Shown here in pieces: positions 10,101 through 21,374 of a stretch of 64,000 nt of DNA. The notes below the pieces were generated by a model. That model was given only the letters and a program-made list of their open reading frames with translations, did not search any database and was not told the DNA's origin. Where the stretch lies: positions 22,399-86,398 of the forward strand of contig DATNAP010000045.1 in assembly GCA_035572475.1 (NCBI GenBank). The letters are read 5' to 3'. A program made the translations under genes and the position numbers. This DNA comes from Conexibacter sp. (GTDB lineage Bacteria > Actinomycetota > Thermoleophilia > Solirubrobacterales > Solirubrobacteraceae). Positions within the stretch are counted from its first letter, which is position 1. Each line of letters starts with the position of its first letter.

Positions 10101-11560
10101 AGCTCCGCGAACTCGGAGGACGGGTAGCGGCCGTCGAGCATGTCGAGCACGTTCTCGAGCTGGCCGCGCGAGAGGTCGGCGTACGTGTAGGTGCGCGTGA
10201 CGAGCGCGTGCAGCTCGTCGACGGCGATCGGCTCGTCGTCGTCCATGGCCGCCGCGATGGCGACGATCTGCTGGGCGAGCACGTCGAGCGGGTTGCGCGG
10301 CACCACGGTCGGCTCGATCGCGCCGTCGCGCATGCGTCTCGCGACGACGGCGCACTCCAACAGGTCGGCGCGGAACTTGGGGAAGATGCGGCCCTTCGAG
10401 ACGTCGCCGACGTTGTGCCCGGCGCGCCCGATCCGCTGCAGCCCGGCGGCGACCGACTTCGGCGACTCGACCTGCAGCACGAGGTCCACCGCACCCATGT
10501 CGATCCCCAGCTCCAGCGAGGAGGTCGCGACGATGCAGGGGATCTCGCCCCCCTTCAGCAGCTCCTCGACGACGAGCCGCTCCTCGCGTGCGAGCGAGCC
10601 GTGGTGGGCGCGGGCGACCTCCACCGTCGGCTCGCCCTCCGGCGTCGCCAGCTCGTTCAGCCGCAGCGCAATCCGCTCCGCGGAGCGGCGGTTGTTGACG
10701 AACAGGATCGTGGAGCGGTGCTGCTGGATCAGCTTCAGGAGCTCCGGATAGATGGCAGGCCAGATCGAGCGGCGGGTCGCCTCGGTGCCGCCGTTGAGCG
10801 GATCCAGCTCGGGCGCCGGCGTCGCGTCCGGCTCGACCATCGACTCGACCGGCACGTGGATCTTGAGGTCCAGCGGCTTGCGCACGCCCGTGTCGACGAT
10901 CCGGCATCTGCGCCGCGGGCCGACCATGAAGCGGCCGACCTCCTCGAGCGGGTTCTGCGTCGCCGACAGACCGATGCGTTGGACTTCGCGCTCCGCCAAC
11001 GCGTCCAATCGCTCCAGCGTCAGCGCGAGATGCGCGCCCCGCTTCGTGCCGGCGACGGCGTGGATCTCGTCCACGATGCACCACTCGGCGCCGCGCAGGA
11101 TCTCGCGCGCGCGGCTCGTCAGCATCAGGTACAGCGACTCCGGCGTCGTGATCAGCACGTCCGGCGGCTCGCGCAGCATCTGCTGGCGCTCTCTCTGCGG
11201 CGTGTCGCCGGTGCGGATCGCAACGCGCAGGTCCGCGCCGATCCCCTTCAACGGGGCTTGGAGGTTGCGCTCGATGTCATACGAGAGCGCCTTGAGTGGC
11301 GATACGTACACCAGGCGCGTGCGCCGCTCCCCTTCACCAGCCGCCTTGTCGGCGGCGAGACGATCCAACGCCCACAGGAACGCCGCCAGCGTCTTGCCCG
11401 ACCCGGTCGGCGCCGAGATCAGCACGTGCTCGCCGGTCGCGATCGCCGGCCACGCCTGCGCCTGCGCCGCGGTCGGCGCCTCGAACGCGCGCACGAACCA
11501 CTCGCGCGTGCATGGCGCGAAGTCGTCGAGCGGCGCGGCGGGGGACGGAACGGGCGGCAT
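7109..11560 (-). CDS. lhr: Lhr-family large ATP-dependent helicase with C-terminal HTH/glycosylase-like region
   Basis: APTGSGKT, DEIH, SAT, QRIGRAGH motifs; 1483 aa; adjacent to nei as in mycobacterial lhr-nei loci. Confidence 0.95.
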   Translation of the reverse strand: MPPVPSPAAPLDDFAPCTREWFVRAFEAPTAAQAQAWPAIATGEHVLISAPTGSGKTLAAFLWALDRLAADKAAGEGERRTRLVYVSPLKALSYDIERNLQAPLKGIGADLRVAIRTGDTPQRERQQMLREPPDVLITTPESLYLMLTSRAREILRGAEWCIVDEIHAVAGTKRGAHLALTLERLDALAEREVQRIGLSATQNPLEEVGRFMVGPRRRCRIVDTGVRKPLDLKIHVPVESMVEPDATPAPELDPLNGGTEATRRSIWPAIYPELLKLIQQHRSTILFVNNRRSAERIALRLNELATPEGEPTVEVARAHHGSLAREERLVVEELLKGGEIPCIVATSSLELGIDMGAVDLVLQVESPKSVAAGLQRIGRAGHNVGDVSKGRIFPKFRADLLECAVVARRMRDGAIEPTVVPRNPLDVLAQQIVAIAAAMDDDEPIAVDELHALVTRTYTYADLSRGQLENVLDMLDGRYPSSEFAELRPRIVWDRVAGTIRPRRGARALAVTNAGTIPDRGLYMVTLPDGRRVGELDEEMVYEARPGQTFLLGASSWRIEEIGRDRVVVTPAPGAPGAIPFWKGDGVGRPKELGEAIGRFARTAVDRSAEQLARDYDLDELAARNLLDYLAEQQQATRVIPSDRTIVIERFRDEIGDWRLCVLSPYGGRIHAAWGLALSARIRDQLGLEADAIWSDDGIIVHLPDADEPPGADVALIEPDELEDAVVAELSGSALFGARFRENAGRSLLIPRAYPGKRTPLWQQRLKSQTLLEVAKRYGEFPIILETYRECLRDVLDLPGLRDLLTALHRREISVVEVETATASPFASSLLFDYVATYMYEGDTPNAERRAAALSLDRDLLRELLGQEELRELIDADALEQVEDDLQHRSERTRAATRDELHDVLRRGGDLTAAEAAQRVHQGIDADALLAELERERRAVLVRIGGERRWIDAADAGLYRDALGIVPPGGLPGAFLDDVPDALVRLMRRYAQTHGPFPTADPRARYGLDVTPALAELERAGELVRGELGVGGTGCEREWCDADVLRRLRRASLAVLRKEIEPADQRAFAAFLPSWQGVDKHPAGGAGVDRLREQLVPLQGLALTPETWEHEVLPRRVGAYSATWIDALCASGELVWVGAGALGRNSGRVALYFREDAPLIGPPPQRAEPPDTPAHAAVRERLERGSRFFTDLLIDVDLAPEELQEALWDLAWAGVVTNDAFAPLRAPRLTLARAQRAASRSPRAGRRFSSRRGGAHAQVQGRWSLTERLFDVPAQPVDPSARRRALAELLLERYGILTRELVLAEGVPGGFSAIYPELSQLETLGIARRGYFVEGLGGAQFALPGAVERLRAQKAPEEAEPLVLAATDPAQPYGAALPWPKRAGADRAGRRPSRTPGALVVLAGAEPVLYLERGGKALQTLVEPGDARIPPALQALVDHATAGRIRRIALEKVDGEPVMGTPWEAALAEVGFRAGPRRLTLSA

Positions 11561-11642
11561 CGGTTCGACCGAGCCTAGCGCCGGACACGCGCGTCGTCCT
11601 CAGCCTGCGGGTGGAGCAGCCGCCCCTGCGATGATCGTCGGC

Positions 11643-12266
11643 GTGCGCGTCGACTTCGATCCCGGAGAGCTGGACGCGCTCGCGTTCTACCGGCTGCTGA
11701 ACTCGATCGTGATCCCGCGGCCGATCGCGTGGGTCTCCTCACGCTCGGCTGACGGCGTCGACAACCTCGCGCCGCACTCGTTCTTCACGGTTGCCTGCAC
11801 CGACCCGCCGATCGTGCAGTTCACCTCGGTCGGGCACAAGGACTCGCTGCGCAACGTCGAGGCGACAGGCGAGTTCGTCGTCAACTTCACGCCCGAGCCG
11901 CTGTTCGAGGCGGTCAACGCGACGAGCGTCAACGCCCCGCCCGACGTGAGCGAGTTCGACTGGGCGGGCGTCGTGCGCGAGCCGAGCCTGCGCGTCGCGC
12001 CGCCGCGCGTCGCGGACGCGCCGGTCGCGATCGAGTGCGTCCTGCACGACACGCTCCCGATCGGTTACTGCGCCGTCGTGCTCGGCCGCGTCGTGCACGT
12101 CGCGATCGCGGAGGACGCGATGCGAGACGGCCGCCCCGCGGCCGACCTCCTGCGCCCGCTCGCGCGCCTCGGCGGGCGGCAGTGGTCGGTGCTGGGAGAG
12201 ATCCTGGAGATCGACCGGCCGACATGGCAGACCGGCTCGCTCAGCGAGCGCGACGCTACGGCGTGA
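11643..12266 (+). CDS. Flavin reductase-like family protein
   Basis: PRPIAWVSS, NLAPHSFF, KDSLRNVEATGEFVVN, PLARLGG; start may be ATG 11631. Confidence 0.88.
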   Translation: MRVDFDPGELDALAFYRLLNSIVIPRPIAWVSSRSADGVDNLAPHSFFTVACTDPPIVQFTSVGHKDSLRNVEATGEFVVNFTPEPLFEAVNATSVNAPPDVSEFDWAGVVREPSLRVAPPRVADAPVAIECVLHDTLPIGYCAVVLGRVVHVAIAEDAMRDGRPAADLLRPLARLGGRQWSVLGEILEIDRPTWQTGSLSERDATA

Positions 12267-13335
12267 ACTTCACCGTGATCACGTCGCCGTCGCGCATCGC
12301 GTAGTCGCGGCCCTCGACTCTCAGCGTGCCGCGGTCGCGCGCGCCGCCGTAGCCGCCGGCGTCGACCAGCTCCTGCCAGCCGACCACCTCGGCGCGCACG
12401 AAGCCTCTCTGGATGTCGGAGTGGATCTGGCCTGCGGCATGCCACGCGGTCAGCCCTCTGCGCAGGTGCCACGACTGCGCCGGCTTGGCCTCCCCGGCGG
12501 TGAAGAAGGCGATCAGGTCGAGCAGCGCGAACGCGCCCCGGACCACGCGCTGGAGGCCGCTCTCCGCGATCCCCAGCTCGGCGCGCATCGCCGCCGCCTC
12601 GTCGTCGTCCAGCTCGCTCAGCTCGGCCTCGATGCGCGAGGAGACCGCGACGGCGCGCGCGCCGTGCGCCTCCGCGTGCGCGACGACCTCCTCGGGGACC
12701 GCGTCGGCCCCCTCGTCCACGTTCGCGACGAACAGCACCGGCTTGGCCGTCAGCGGCTGGAGGTCGCGCAGCGCGTTCGGCGCGTCCTCCGGCGGGGGCA
12801 CCGTGCGCGCCGGCCGACCCTGCTGCAGCGCGGCGATCAGCTCCTCCAGCCACGCCTGCTCGGCTCTTGCCGCCTTGTCGCCGCCGCGGGCCGCCTTCGT
12901 CACGCGCTCCAGGCGCCGCTCGGCCTGCTCCAGGTCGGCGTACGTCAGCTCCGTCTCGATCGTGTCGATGTCCGCGCGCGGGTCGACGCGGCCCTCCGGG
13001 TGCACGACGTTCTCGTCGCCGTGTGCGCGCACGACGTGCACGATCGCGTCCGTCTCGCGGATGTTCGCGAGGAACTTGTTGCCGAGCCCCTCGCCCTCCG
13101 ACGCCCCTCTCACAAGCCCGGCGATGTCGTGGAAGGCGATCGTGTCGTGCACGACCTCGCTGGCCCTCAGGACCTCCGCCAGCCGCTCAAGCCGCTCGTC
13201 GGCGACCGGCACGATCGCGACGTTCGGCTCGATCGTCGTGAACGGGTAGTTCGCCGCCTCGGCGCCGGCGCGCGTGAGCGCGTTGAACAGCGACGACTTG
13301 CCGGCGTTCGGCATCCCGACGATGCCGACCTTCAT
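12256..13335 (-). CDS. ychF: Redox-regulated ATPase YchF
   Basis: MKVGIVGMPNAGKS, ANYPFTTIEPN, DIAGLV.GAS.GEGLGNKFL, C-terminal TGS domain. Confidence 0.97.
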   Translation of the reverse strand: MKVGIVGMPNAGKSSLFNALTRAGAEAANYPFTTIEPNVAIVPVADERLERLAEVLRASEVVHDTIAFHDIAGLVRGASEGEGLGNKFLANIRETDAIVHVVRAHGDENVVHPEGRVDPRADIDTIETELTYADLEQAERRLERVTKAARGGDKAARAEQAWLEELIAALQQGRPARTVPPPEDAPNALRDLQPLTAKPVLFVANVDEGADAVPEEVVAHAEAHGARAVAVSSRIEAELSELDDDEAAAMRAELGIAESGLQRVVRGAFALLDLIAFFTAGEAKPAQSWHLRRGLTAWHAAGQIHSDIQRGFVRAEVVGWQELVDAGGYGGARDRGTLRVEGRDYAMRDGDVITVKFTP

Positions 13336-13889
13336 GGGCAGGTAGGGGGGTGGACGGTGGGTTTTCTCATGATTCGCCCGATGGTCGCGCCCAGCAGCAC
13401 GCCGGCGACGATATCCGACGGGTAGTGGACGCCGAGATAGAGCCGCGAGCCGGCCATCGCGACCGCTGCCGCGCGCAGCGGCGCACCCGGCAGCAGGCTC
13501 GCGAACGCGTGCGCCGCCGCGAACGAGGTCGCCGCGTGCGCGCTGGGGAACGAGAGCTGCGTCGGCGTGTCGATCAGCGGCGGCAGGTCGGGCAGCTTCG
13601 GCCGGCGCCGGCGCACCGCGAGCTTGATCGCCTGATTCGCGCCGTAGGCCGCCGCGACCGTGAGCGTGGCGCGGCGCCAACGCGAGCGGTGCGAAGCGTC
13701 CAGCGCCGCGCCCCCCACGCCGAGCGCGAGCCACCCGACTCCGTGCTGGCCGAGCGCCGAGTACGTGCGCACGGCCCGCTCGACGGGCGGAGCGTGGCCG
13801 AGCGTGCGCGCGAGGCGCAGCCCGGCGACGTCGAGCGCGAGCAGGGATGAGGCGACCGCCTCGCGCGGTCGCGCGCGCGTCCTCGCCAT
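13332..13889 (-). CDS. PAP2-family phosphatase
   Basis: K...RRRP, SFPSAH, SRLYLGVHYPSD motifs. Confidence 0.9.
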   Translation of the reverse strand: MARTRARPREAVASSLLALDVAGLRLARTLGHAPPVERAVRTYSALGQHGVGWLALGVGGAALDASHRSRWRRATLTVAAAYGANQAIKLAVRRRRPKLPDLPPLIDTPTQLSFPSAHAATSFAAAHAFASLLPGAPLRAAAVAMAGSRLYLGVHYPSDIVAGVLLGATIGRIMRKPTVHPPTCP

Positions 13890-13908
13890 CGCGGCGCGCG
13901 CCTCGGCG

Positions 13909-14130
13909 TCAGGCGCCGAAGCCGACGCGCTGCTCGCCGGCGTCGACCTGGACGAACACGACCTTCGCGAGGTCGAGCAGGACCGTGCCGTCCTCGGCTT
14001 CCAGCTCGTGCCACCCCTCGCGGCTCTTCTCGAGCGCCTTGCGCAACGACCCGAGCTGATCGGGCGCGACGCGCGCGGCGAGCGTCTGGCCGTGGAAGCC
14101 GATGCTGATGCGCTGCTTGACGTCGGCCAT
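13909..14130 (-). CDS. Small DUF3107-like protein
   Basis: 73 aa ending ...KVVFVQVDAGEQRVGFGA, resembling actinobacterial DUF3107. Confidence 0.6.
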   Translation of the reverse strand: MADVKQRISIGFHGQTLAARVAPDQLGSLRKALEKSREGWHELEAEDGTVLLDLAKVVFVQVDAGEQRVGFGA

Positions 14131-14485
14131 CAGTGCTGGTCCTCCGCGGGTTGGACGATCTCGGTCAGGACGCCGCCGGTCGAGGCGGGGTGGACGAACG
14201 CGACGCGCGAGTTGCGGATCCCGACGCGCGGTGTCTCGTCGATCAGGCGTACGCCGGCCGCCTTCAGCGCGGCAAGCGTCGCCTCGACGTCGGACACGTG
14301 GTAGGCGACGTGATGCAGGCCGGGGCCCTTCTTCGCGAGGAACTTGCCGACGGGCGTGTCGGGGCCGAGCGGCGCGAGCAGCTCGACGTGGTTCTCGCCG
14401 ACGTCGAGCAGGATCGCCTCGACGCCCTGCTCGGTCACCGTCTCGCGGTGCACGACCTCCATCTTCAGCGTGTCCGCGTAGAGCG

Positions 14486-16003
<1,518 letters not shown>

Positions 16004-16058
16004 ACGCTCCTCATCGGCAGGCGCGCTCCATCACTCGACCCGCCTGGACCGGGGGCGG

Positions 16059-17360
16059 TCACCCCAGGAGCGTGCGCGCCATGTTCGCGTAGAAACGCGC
16101 GGCGAAGCCGAGGTCGCGCACGTCGATGCGCTCGTCGGCGCCGTGCACGAGCGGCGCGGCCTCCAGCAGCGGCTGGTGCTTGTGCGGGAAGAAGCCGTAC
16201 GCGACGCAGTCCGGGAACGCCGTGCGGAACCAGCGCGAGTCGGTGAAGCCCGGGAGGATCACCGGCACCGTGCTCGCGCCCGGGTCGTTCGCGGCGATCC
16301 AGGCGTCGAGCGCCTCGCGCAGCGGCGAGTCGGACGGCGAGCCGTTGCCGACGACGCGCTCGGTGAACTCGACTCCGAACCCGTCGCCGCCGAGGACCTC
16401 GCCGATCGCGCGGCGCACCTCCTCCTCGCCGAGGCCGGGCGGAACGCGGCAGTCGACGTGGATCTCGGCGCGGCTCGGGATCACGTTGACCTTCTGCGAG
16501 GCGGCCGCGCACGTCGGCGTGAACGTGACGCCGAGCATCGGCTCGAACATCGTCGCGAGGCGGGGCTCGGCGGTGGCGATTCGCGCGACCGCGCCAGCGG
16601 GGTCTGCCGGGTCCTCGCCGAGCCCGCGCAGGAACGCGGCCGGCACGTCGGTGACCGCATACGCCGGCTGACGCGCGCCCAGCCGCGCGAGCAGCGGGCC
16701 GAGCTTCAGCAGCGCGTTGTCCCCCATGCGCGGCATCGACGCGTGGCCGGCGACGCCGTCGGTCACCAGCTTGAAGCGGAAGACGCCCTTCTCCGCGCAG
16801 CAGACGCCGTAGCGACGTCCGCCGCCGTACTCGAACACGCCGCCCCCGCCCTCGTTGATCAGGTAGTCGCAGCGGACCTTTTCCGGATGGGTCTCGGTGA
16901 TCCACTGCGCGCCCAGCTCGCCGCCGGTCTCCTCGTCGACGACCGTGCAGATCAGCAGCTCCCCGCGGGCCGGGCGCCAGCCCTCGCGCGCGAGCGCGAT
17001 CGCGGCCGCCACCTCCGCCGCGACCTGAGACTTCATGTCGAGCGCGCCGCGCCCCCACACGAAGCCGTCCGCCACGTCCCCGGACCACGGCCCGTGCGTC
17101 CACTCGTCGGGGTTGGCGAGCACCGTGTCGACGTGGCCGAGCAGGCACAGCGTCGGGCCGTCGGCGGCACCTCGGAGGCGCGCGACCAGGTTCGGCCGCT
17201 CGGGGGTCGCGCCGAGCAGCTCGCAGTCGAAGCCCGCGCCCGTCAGCTCGCCGAGCAGCAGCTCCTGCAGCAGCCGCTCGTTGCCCGGCGGGTTGACGGT
17301 GTCGAAGCGGATCAGCTGCTGGAGCAGCGCTGTCGTCGCCTGTTGGAGATCGTGGCTCAT
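16059..17360 (-). CDS. M20/M25/M40 metallo-hydrolase
   Basis: GHVDTV, GRGALDMK, DEE, HGADERI. Confidence 0.92.
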   Translation of the reverse strand: MSHDLQQATTALLQQLIRFDTVNPPGNERLLQELLLGELTGAGFDCELLGATPERPNLVARLRGAADGPTLCLLGHVDTVLANPDEWTHGPWSGDVADGFVWGRGALDMKSQVAAEVAAAIALAREGWRPARGELLICTVVDEETGGELGAQWITETHPEKVRCDYLINEGGGGVFEYGGGRRYGVCCAEKGVFRFKLVTDGVAGHASMPRMGDNALLKLGPLLARLGARQPAYAVTDVPAAFLRGLGEDPADPAGAVARIATAEPRLATMFEPMLGVTFTPTCAAASQKVNVIPSRAEIHVDCRVPPGLGEEEVRRAIGEVLGGDGFGVEFTERVVGNGSPSDSPLREALDAWIAANDPGASTVPVILPGFTDSRWFRTAFPDCVAYGFFPHKHQPLLEAAPLVHGADERIDVRDLGFAARFYANMARTLLG

Positions 17361-17421
17361 CGGCGTGGTGATGCTACGCCAGCGCACGCGCGCCGGCCGC
17401 CGGCTGCGGCAGACTCAGCGT

Positions 17422-18705
17422 GTGGACTCGCTGTTCGATGCGGACCCTCCCCCGACCGCGGCCGTACCTGCGGACGCGCCTTTGGCCGCGCGCATGCGGC
17501 CGCGCGACCTCGCCGAGTTCGTCGGGCAGGAGCATCTGCTCGCGCCCGGCTCGGCGTTGCGCACCGCGATCGAGCAGGGGCGGCCGCATTCGATGATCCT
17601 GCACGGCCCGCCGGGGTCGGGGAAGACGACGCTCGCGCGGATCGTCGCGGCGAGCGCCGACGCCGCGTTCGAGGAGCTGAGCGCGGTGCAGGCGGGGAGA
17701 GCCGAGGTCCGCGAGGTTATGAGACGGGCCGAGGAGCGCCGGCGCGGTGGCCGCGCGACGATCTTCTTCCTCGACGAGATCCACCGCTTCAACAAGGCGC
17801 AGCAGGACGCGCTGCTGCCCGCCGTCGAGGAGGGGCTCGTGACGCTGATCGGCGCGACGACGGAGAACCCGTCGTTCGAGGTGAACGGCGCTCTGTTGTC
17901 GCGCACGCGCCAGTACGAGCTGGCGGAGCTGACCGACGCGCACGTGACGACGTTGCTGCGGCGCGCGCTGGAGCGCGGCGAGTGCGATGACGTGCGCGTG
18001 GACGACGACGCGGTCGAGCTGCTGGCAGCGCGCGCCGGCGGCGACGCGCGCACCGCGCTGGCAGCACTGGAGCTGGCGTGCAGAACGGCGCCCGACGGCG
18101 TCGTGACGCAGGCGCACGCGGAGGACGCCCTGCAGCGGCGGATCCTCCACTACGACCGCGCTGACGACCGCCACTACGACACGATCTCGGCCTGGATCAA
18201 GGCGACGCGCGCCTCGGATCCCGACGCCTCGCTCTACTACCTCGCGGTGATGCTGGAGGGCGGCGAGGACCCGCGCTTCATCGCCCGGCGGATGGTGATC
18301 CTCGCGAGCGAGGACGTCGGCAACGCCGACCCGCAGGCGCTCGTGGTCGCGACCGCCGCGGCCGCCGCCGTCGACCGCGTCGGGTTGCCGGAGGCGCAGT
18401 TCCCGCTCGCGCAGGCCGCCGTCTACCTGTCGCTGGCGCCGAAGTCCGACGGCGCCAAGCGCGCGATCGGCGCAGCGCGCGCGTTCGTGCGCGAGCACGG
18501 CGCCGAGCCGCCGCCTGTGGAGTTGCGCTCGGGCGGCCGCGGCCACGGCTACGACAGTCCGCACGGGCACCCCGGTCACGTCAACGAGCAAGAGGTTGCG
18601 CCACCCGGCGCAACCGGCGTGCGCTTCTACACGCCCGACGAGGCGGAGGCGGCGCTCGCCGCGCGGCTCGCCGAGATCCGCCGCGCGCGCGGGCGCGAGC
18701 CCTGA
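17422..18705 (+). CDS. rarA: Replication-associated recombination protein RarA/MgsA
   Basis: PLAARMRP, GPPGSGKTT, DEIHRFNKAQQD, GATTENP, SEDVGNADP. Confidence 0.95.
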   Translation: MDSLFDADPPPTAAVPADAPLAARMRPRDLAEFVGQEHLLAPGSALRTAIEQGRPHSMILHGPPGSGKTTLARIVAASADAAFEELSAVQAGRAEVREVMRRAEERRRGGRATIFFLDEIHRFNKAQQDALLPAVEEGLVTLIGATTENPSFEVNGALLSRTRQYELAELTDAHVTTLLRRALERGECDDVRVDDDAVELLAARAGGDARTALAALELACRTAPDGVVTQAHAEDALQRRILHYDRADDRHYDTISAWIKATRASDPDASLYYLAVMLEGGEDPRFIARRMVILASEDVGNADPQALVVATAAAAAVDRVGLPEAQFPLAQAAVYLSLAPKSDGAKRAIGAARAFVREHGAEPPPVELRSGGRGHGYDSPHGHPGHVNEQEVAPPGATGVRFYTPDEAEAALAARLAEIRRARGREP

Positions 18706-19511
18706 CGCAGGTGCCGGCGGTCGTTGTAGCGCAGGCGGCCGGGCAGGAAGGGGACGAGCAGCCGGCGCGCGTACTCGGTGTACCCGAACAGCGCCAGCCC
18801 GCGCGCCGGATCCCACGAGAAGCCGTACTGCGCACGGATGCGCGACGGCAGCAGCCCGACCGTGACGAAGTTCGCCAGCTCGACGAGCGGGCGCGCCGCG
18901 ACCGGCACCGGCGGTCGCATCACGATCCGACGCGCCGTCCGCCGCGCCTCGTCGGTGACGTGCAGGTCCTCGCCGTCGAGCATGCGACGCATGTAGCGGC
19001 GGAACGCCGTGTACGACTCGGGCAGCGTCGCGTCGGGCACGCCGAAGAGGAGCCCGAAGGTGCGGTAGTCCTGCCACAGCGCCTCGCGCTCGTCGAGCGA
19101 CAGCCGGCGCACGTAGCGCTGGTAGACGATCAGGCCGGAGTCGACGAGCGTCGCGAGGATCCACAGCAGCAGCTCGGGGTCGTCGGCCGCGTAGGGCGTG
19201 CCGGCGGGGAAGCGGCCGGCCGGCTCGAGCAGCTGGCCGCGCACGCGCCGGTGCATCGCGCGCACGCGCCGCGTCGCGCGCTCGGCCTCGGCGCGCGGGC
19301 CGAAGACCACGAGGTCGACGATCTGCGCCGTGCGGTGGAGCCGCTCGTACGGCTCGTCCTTCGCGGCGGTCTGCGCGAAGAAGCCGGCCCAGGCGACGGG
19401 GTGCGCCGCCTGCATCAGCAGCGCGCGCGGTCCCGCGAGCGCCATCACCTGCTCGCGGTAGACGCGGCGGATGATCGCGTCGTCCGAGTAGATCCCCGCG
19501 ATGCTCGCCAT
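18627..19511 (-). CDS. MpaB/DUF2236 oxygenase-family protein
   Basis: GPRALLMQAAHP, RL.RT, HRRVRG, YAADDPELLLWI. Confidence 0.88.
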   Translation of the reverse strand: MASIAGIYSDDAIIRRVYREQVMALAGPRALLMQAAHPVAWAGFFAQTAAKDEPYERLHRTAQIVDLVVFGPRAEAERATRRVRAMHRRVRGQLLEPAGRFPAGTPYAADDPELLLWILATLVDSGLIVYQRYVRRLSLDEREALWQDYRTFGLLFGVPDATLPESYTAFRRYMRRMLDGEDLHVTDEARRTARRIVMRPPVPVAARPLVELANFVTVGLLPSRIRAQYGFSWDPARGLALFGYTEYARRLLVPFLPGRLRYNDRRHLRQGSRPRARRISASRAASAASASSGV

Positions 19512-19576
19512 ACGACCCAGGGTAGCTGGCTGTGCAGCCAGTCAGCGACGGCAGTCGGCGTATACCCTGTCGAGCG

Positions 19577-20314
19577 ATGCCCGCCCAGGCCTATAGCGGC
19601 AAGGAGTGCGTCTGCCAGCTCCGCAAGGGGATCTGCGACCAGTCGTGCGTGCGCGACATGCTCGACACGCCCTTCTACATCGCCTGCCTGAAGCTGAAGG
19701 GTCGGCGCTGCCTCGTCGTCGGCGGCGGCGACGTCGGCTTGGAGAAGGTCGAGGGGCTGCTCGCTTGCGACGGCGACGTGACGGTGGTCGCACCGGAGCT
19801 GGCCCCGGAGCTGCGGCGGCTCGCCGACGAGGGCTCGATCGCCTGGCGTGCGCGCGCCTACGAGCCGGCCGACCTCGAAGGCGCCTTTCTCGCCATCGCG
19901 GCGACGAGCGACTCCGAGGTCAACATCGCGGTCTACGAGGACTCCGAGCGGCGCGCGATGCTGGTCAACGTCGTCGACGTGCCACCGCTGTGCAACTTCA
20001 TCCTGCCGGCGATCGTGCGCACCGGTCCGCTCGCGATCGCGATCTCGACCGCCGGCGCCTCGCCCGCGCTCGCCAAGCGCATGAAGCGCGAGGTCGGCGA
20101 GCTGTTCGGCGAGGACTACGCGCGCCTCGCGGTGATGCTCAACGACGCGCGCGGGTGGGCGAAGGCGACGCTCCCCACCTACCAGGACCGCAAGGAGTTC
20201 TTCGAGTCGATCGTCAACGGCTCGCCGGACCCGATCGAGCTGCTGCGCGCCGGCGACGACCAAGCCGTGCTCGACCTGATCGCCGCCGCGCAGCGGTCGC
20301 AGGCGCCAGCCTGA
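19577..20314 (+). CDS. Precorrin-2 dehydrogenase/sirohydrochlorin ferrochelatase (SirC/Met8/CysG-N) with Cys-rich N-terminal extension
   Basis: [30 protein letters not shown]; TACCCT box 8 nt before ATG 19577. Confidence 0.88.
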   Translation: MPAQAYSGKECVCQLRKGICDQSCVRDMLDTPFYIACLKLKGRRCLVVGGGDVGLEKVEGLLACDGDVTVVAPELAPELRRLADEGSIAWRARAYEPADLEGAFLAIAATSDSEVNIAVYEDSERRAMLVNVVDVPPLCNFILPAIVRTGPLAIAISTAGASPALAKRMKREVGELFGEDYARLAVMLNDARGWAKATLPTYQDRKEFFESIVNGSPDPIELLRAGDDQAVLDLIAAAQRSQAPA

Positions 20315-20393
20315 GCGACTTTCCGGGCAGACGCTTGTCCGGCGCACCTTGAGACCGTAAAGTGGTCCGAAGGGCGACCGCGGGGGTGGGGGA

Positions 20394-20777
20394 ATGAACG
20401 GACCGGTGCTCGCTGCCGGCGCCGAGCTGGTGAGCGCAGAGACGCTGGACGCTGCGCAGCAGCGTGCCGAGGAGCACGCGAAGCGCATCGCGGAGCGCCG
20501 CCGTGCGGCGCATGCGGAGCTGGCCGAGCTGCTGCGGCCGTTCCACGACGTCCTGCCGGGCATCCTCGAAGAGCTGGGACTGCCGGCGGACGAGCAGGCG
20601 CTGCGCGAGCGACACCTCGCCGCGGCAGGACCGCTCGGCCACGGCGCATGGGCGCAGTACCTGCCGGCGATGCTGCGGGCGCTCGCGGTCTCGGGAGTCG
20701 ATCCCGCCGCGGTGGATGCCGCGCTGGCGGGGCACGCGGAGCAGCCGCGGAACGCGGACTCGCCGGGGAGAGGATGA
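20394..20777 (+). CDS. Hypothetical helical protein
   Basis: 127-aa ORF, purine-rich upstream region, GC3-biased codons; no recognised motif. Confidence 0.55.
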   Translation: MNGPVLAAGAELVSAETLDAAQQRAEEHAKRIAERRRAAHAELAELLRPFHDVLPGILEELGLPADEQALRERHLAAAGPLGHGAWAQYLPAMLRALAVSGVDPAAVDAALAGHAEQPRNADSPGRG

Positions 20778-20780
20778 GCG

Positions 20781-21335
20781 ATGTTCGGCCCGACGACCCT
20801 TGCTCCGCCGTTCGCCGCGCGGGCGGCGCCCAGCCCGGAAGCGTTCGCACAACCAGACGGCAGCTTCGGCGCGCTTGTGAGCTTCGCGTTCGGCGGCATC
20901 GACGTGCATGCGAGCGCGACGCTCGCGGCGGGATTCCTCGTTCCCGACACCTGCAGGATGGTGATTGCCGTCTTCAACATGTCCGTGCTCGTGAACACGC
21001 TCGTGTCCGCGGTCCCGTTCACGCCCTGCTACGCCTCCAGCGAGGGAGACGTCGAGCTGGCGATCTTCCGCGCGAGCGCACCCGGCATCCCCGTGGCGAC
21101 GAGGCAGTTCCAGTTCGACCTGCTGCGGACCGTGGCCGGGAGGCAAGAAGAAGGCGGCCGGCTCACGCCGCGCGTCCTGATGCTGGCAGGCCGGCTCAAT
21201 CCGCCGGCGAGGCCGCGGGAGCGGCTCGAATTCACGATGACGTGGACCGCGGTGACGGGAGGTGGTGGGGTCGTCGCCGCTGGCCGGACAGACGTGTTCG
21301 GCGTGCTGCACTCGATCCTGATCGGCGGCGCCTGA
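20781..21335 (+). CDS. Hypothetical beta-rich protein
   Basis: 184-aa ORF 3 nt after the previous stop, gagagga RBS; no recognised motif. Confidence 0.55.
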   Translation: MFGPTTLAPPFAARAAPSPEAFAQPDGSFGALVSFAFGGIDVHASATLAAGFLVPDTCRMVIAVFNMSVLVNTLVSAVPFTPCYASSEGDVELAIFRASAPGIPVATRQFQFDLLRTVAGRQEEGGRLTPRVLMLAGRLNPPARPRERLEFTMTWTAVTGGGGVVAAGRTDVFGVLHSILIGGA

Positions 21336-21374
21336 GCAGGGGGATCGCCTGCACCGCGTGCGAGACTCCTCGCG

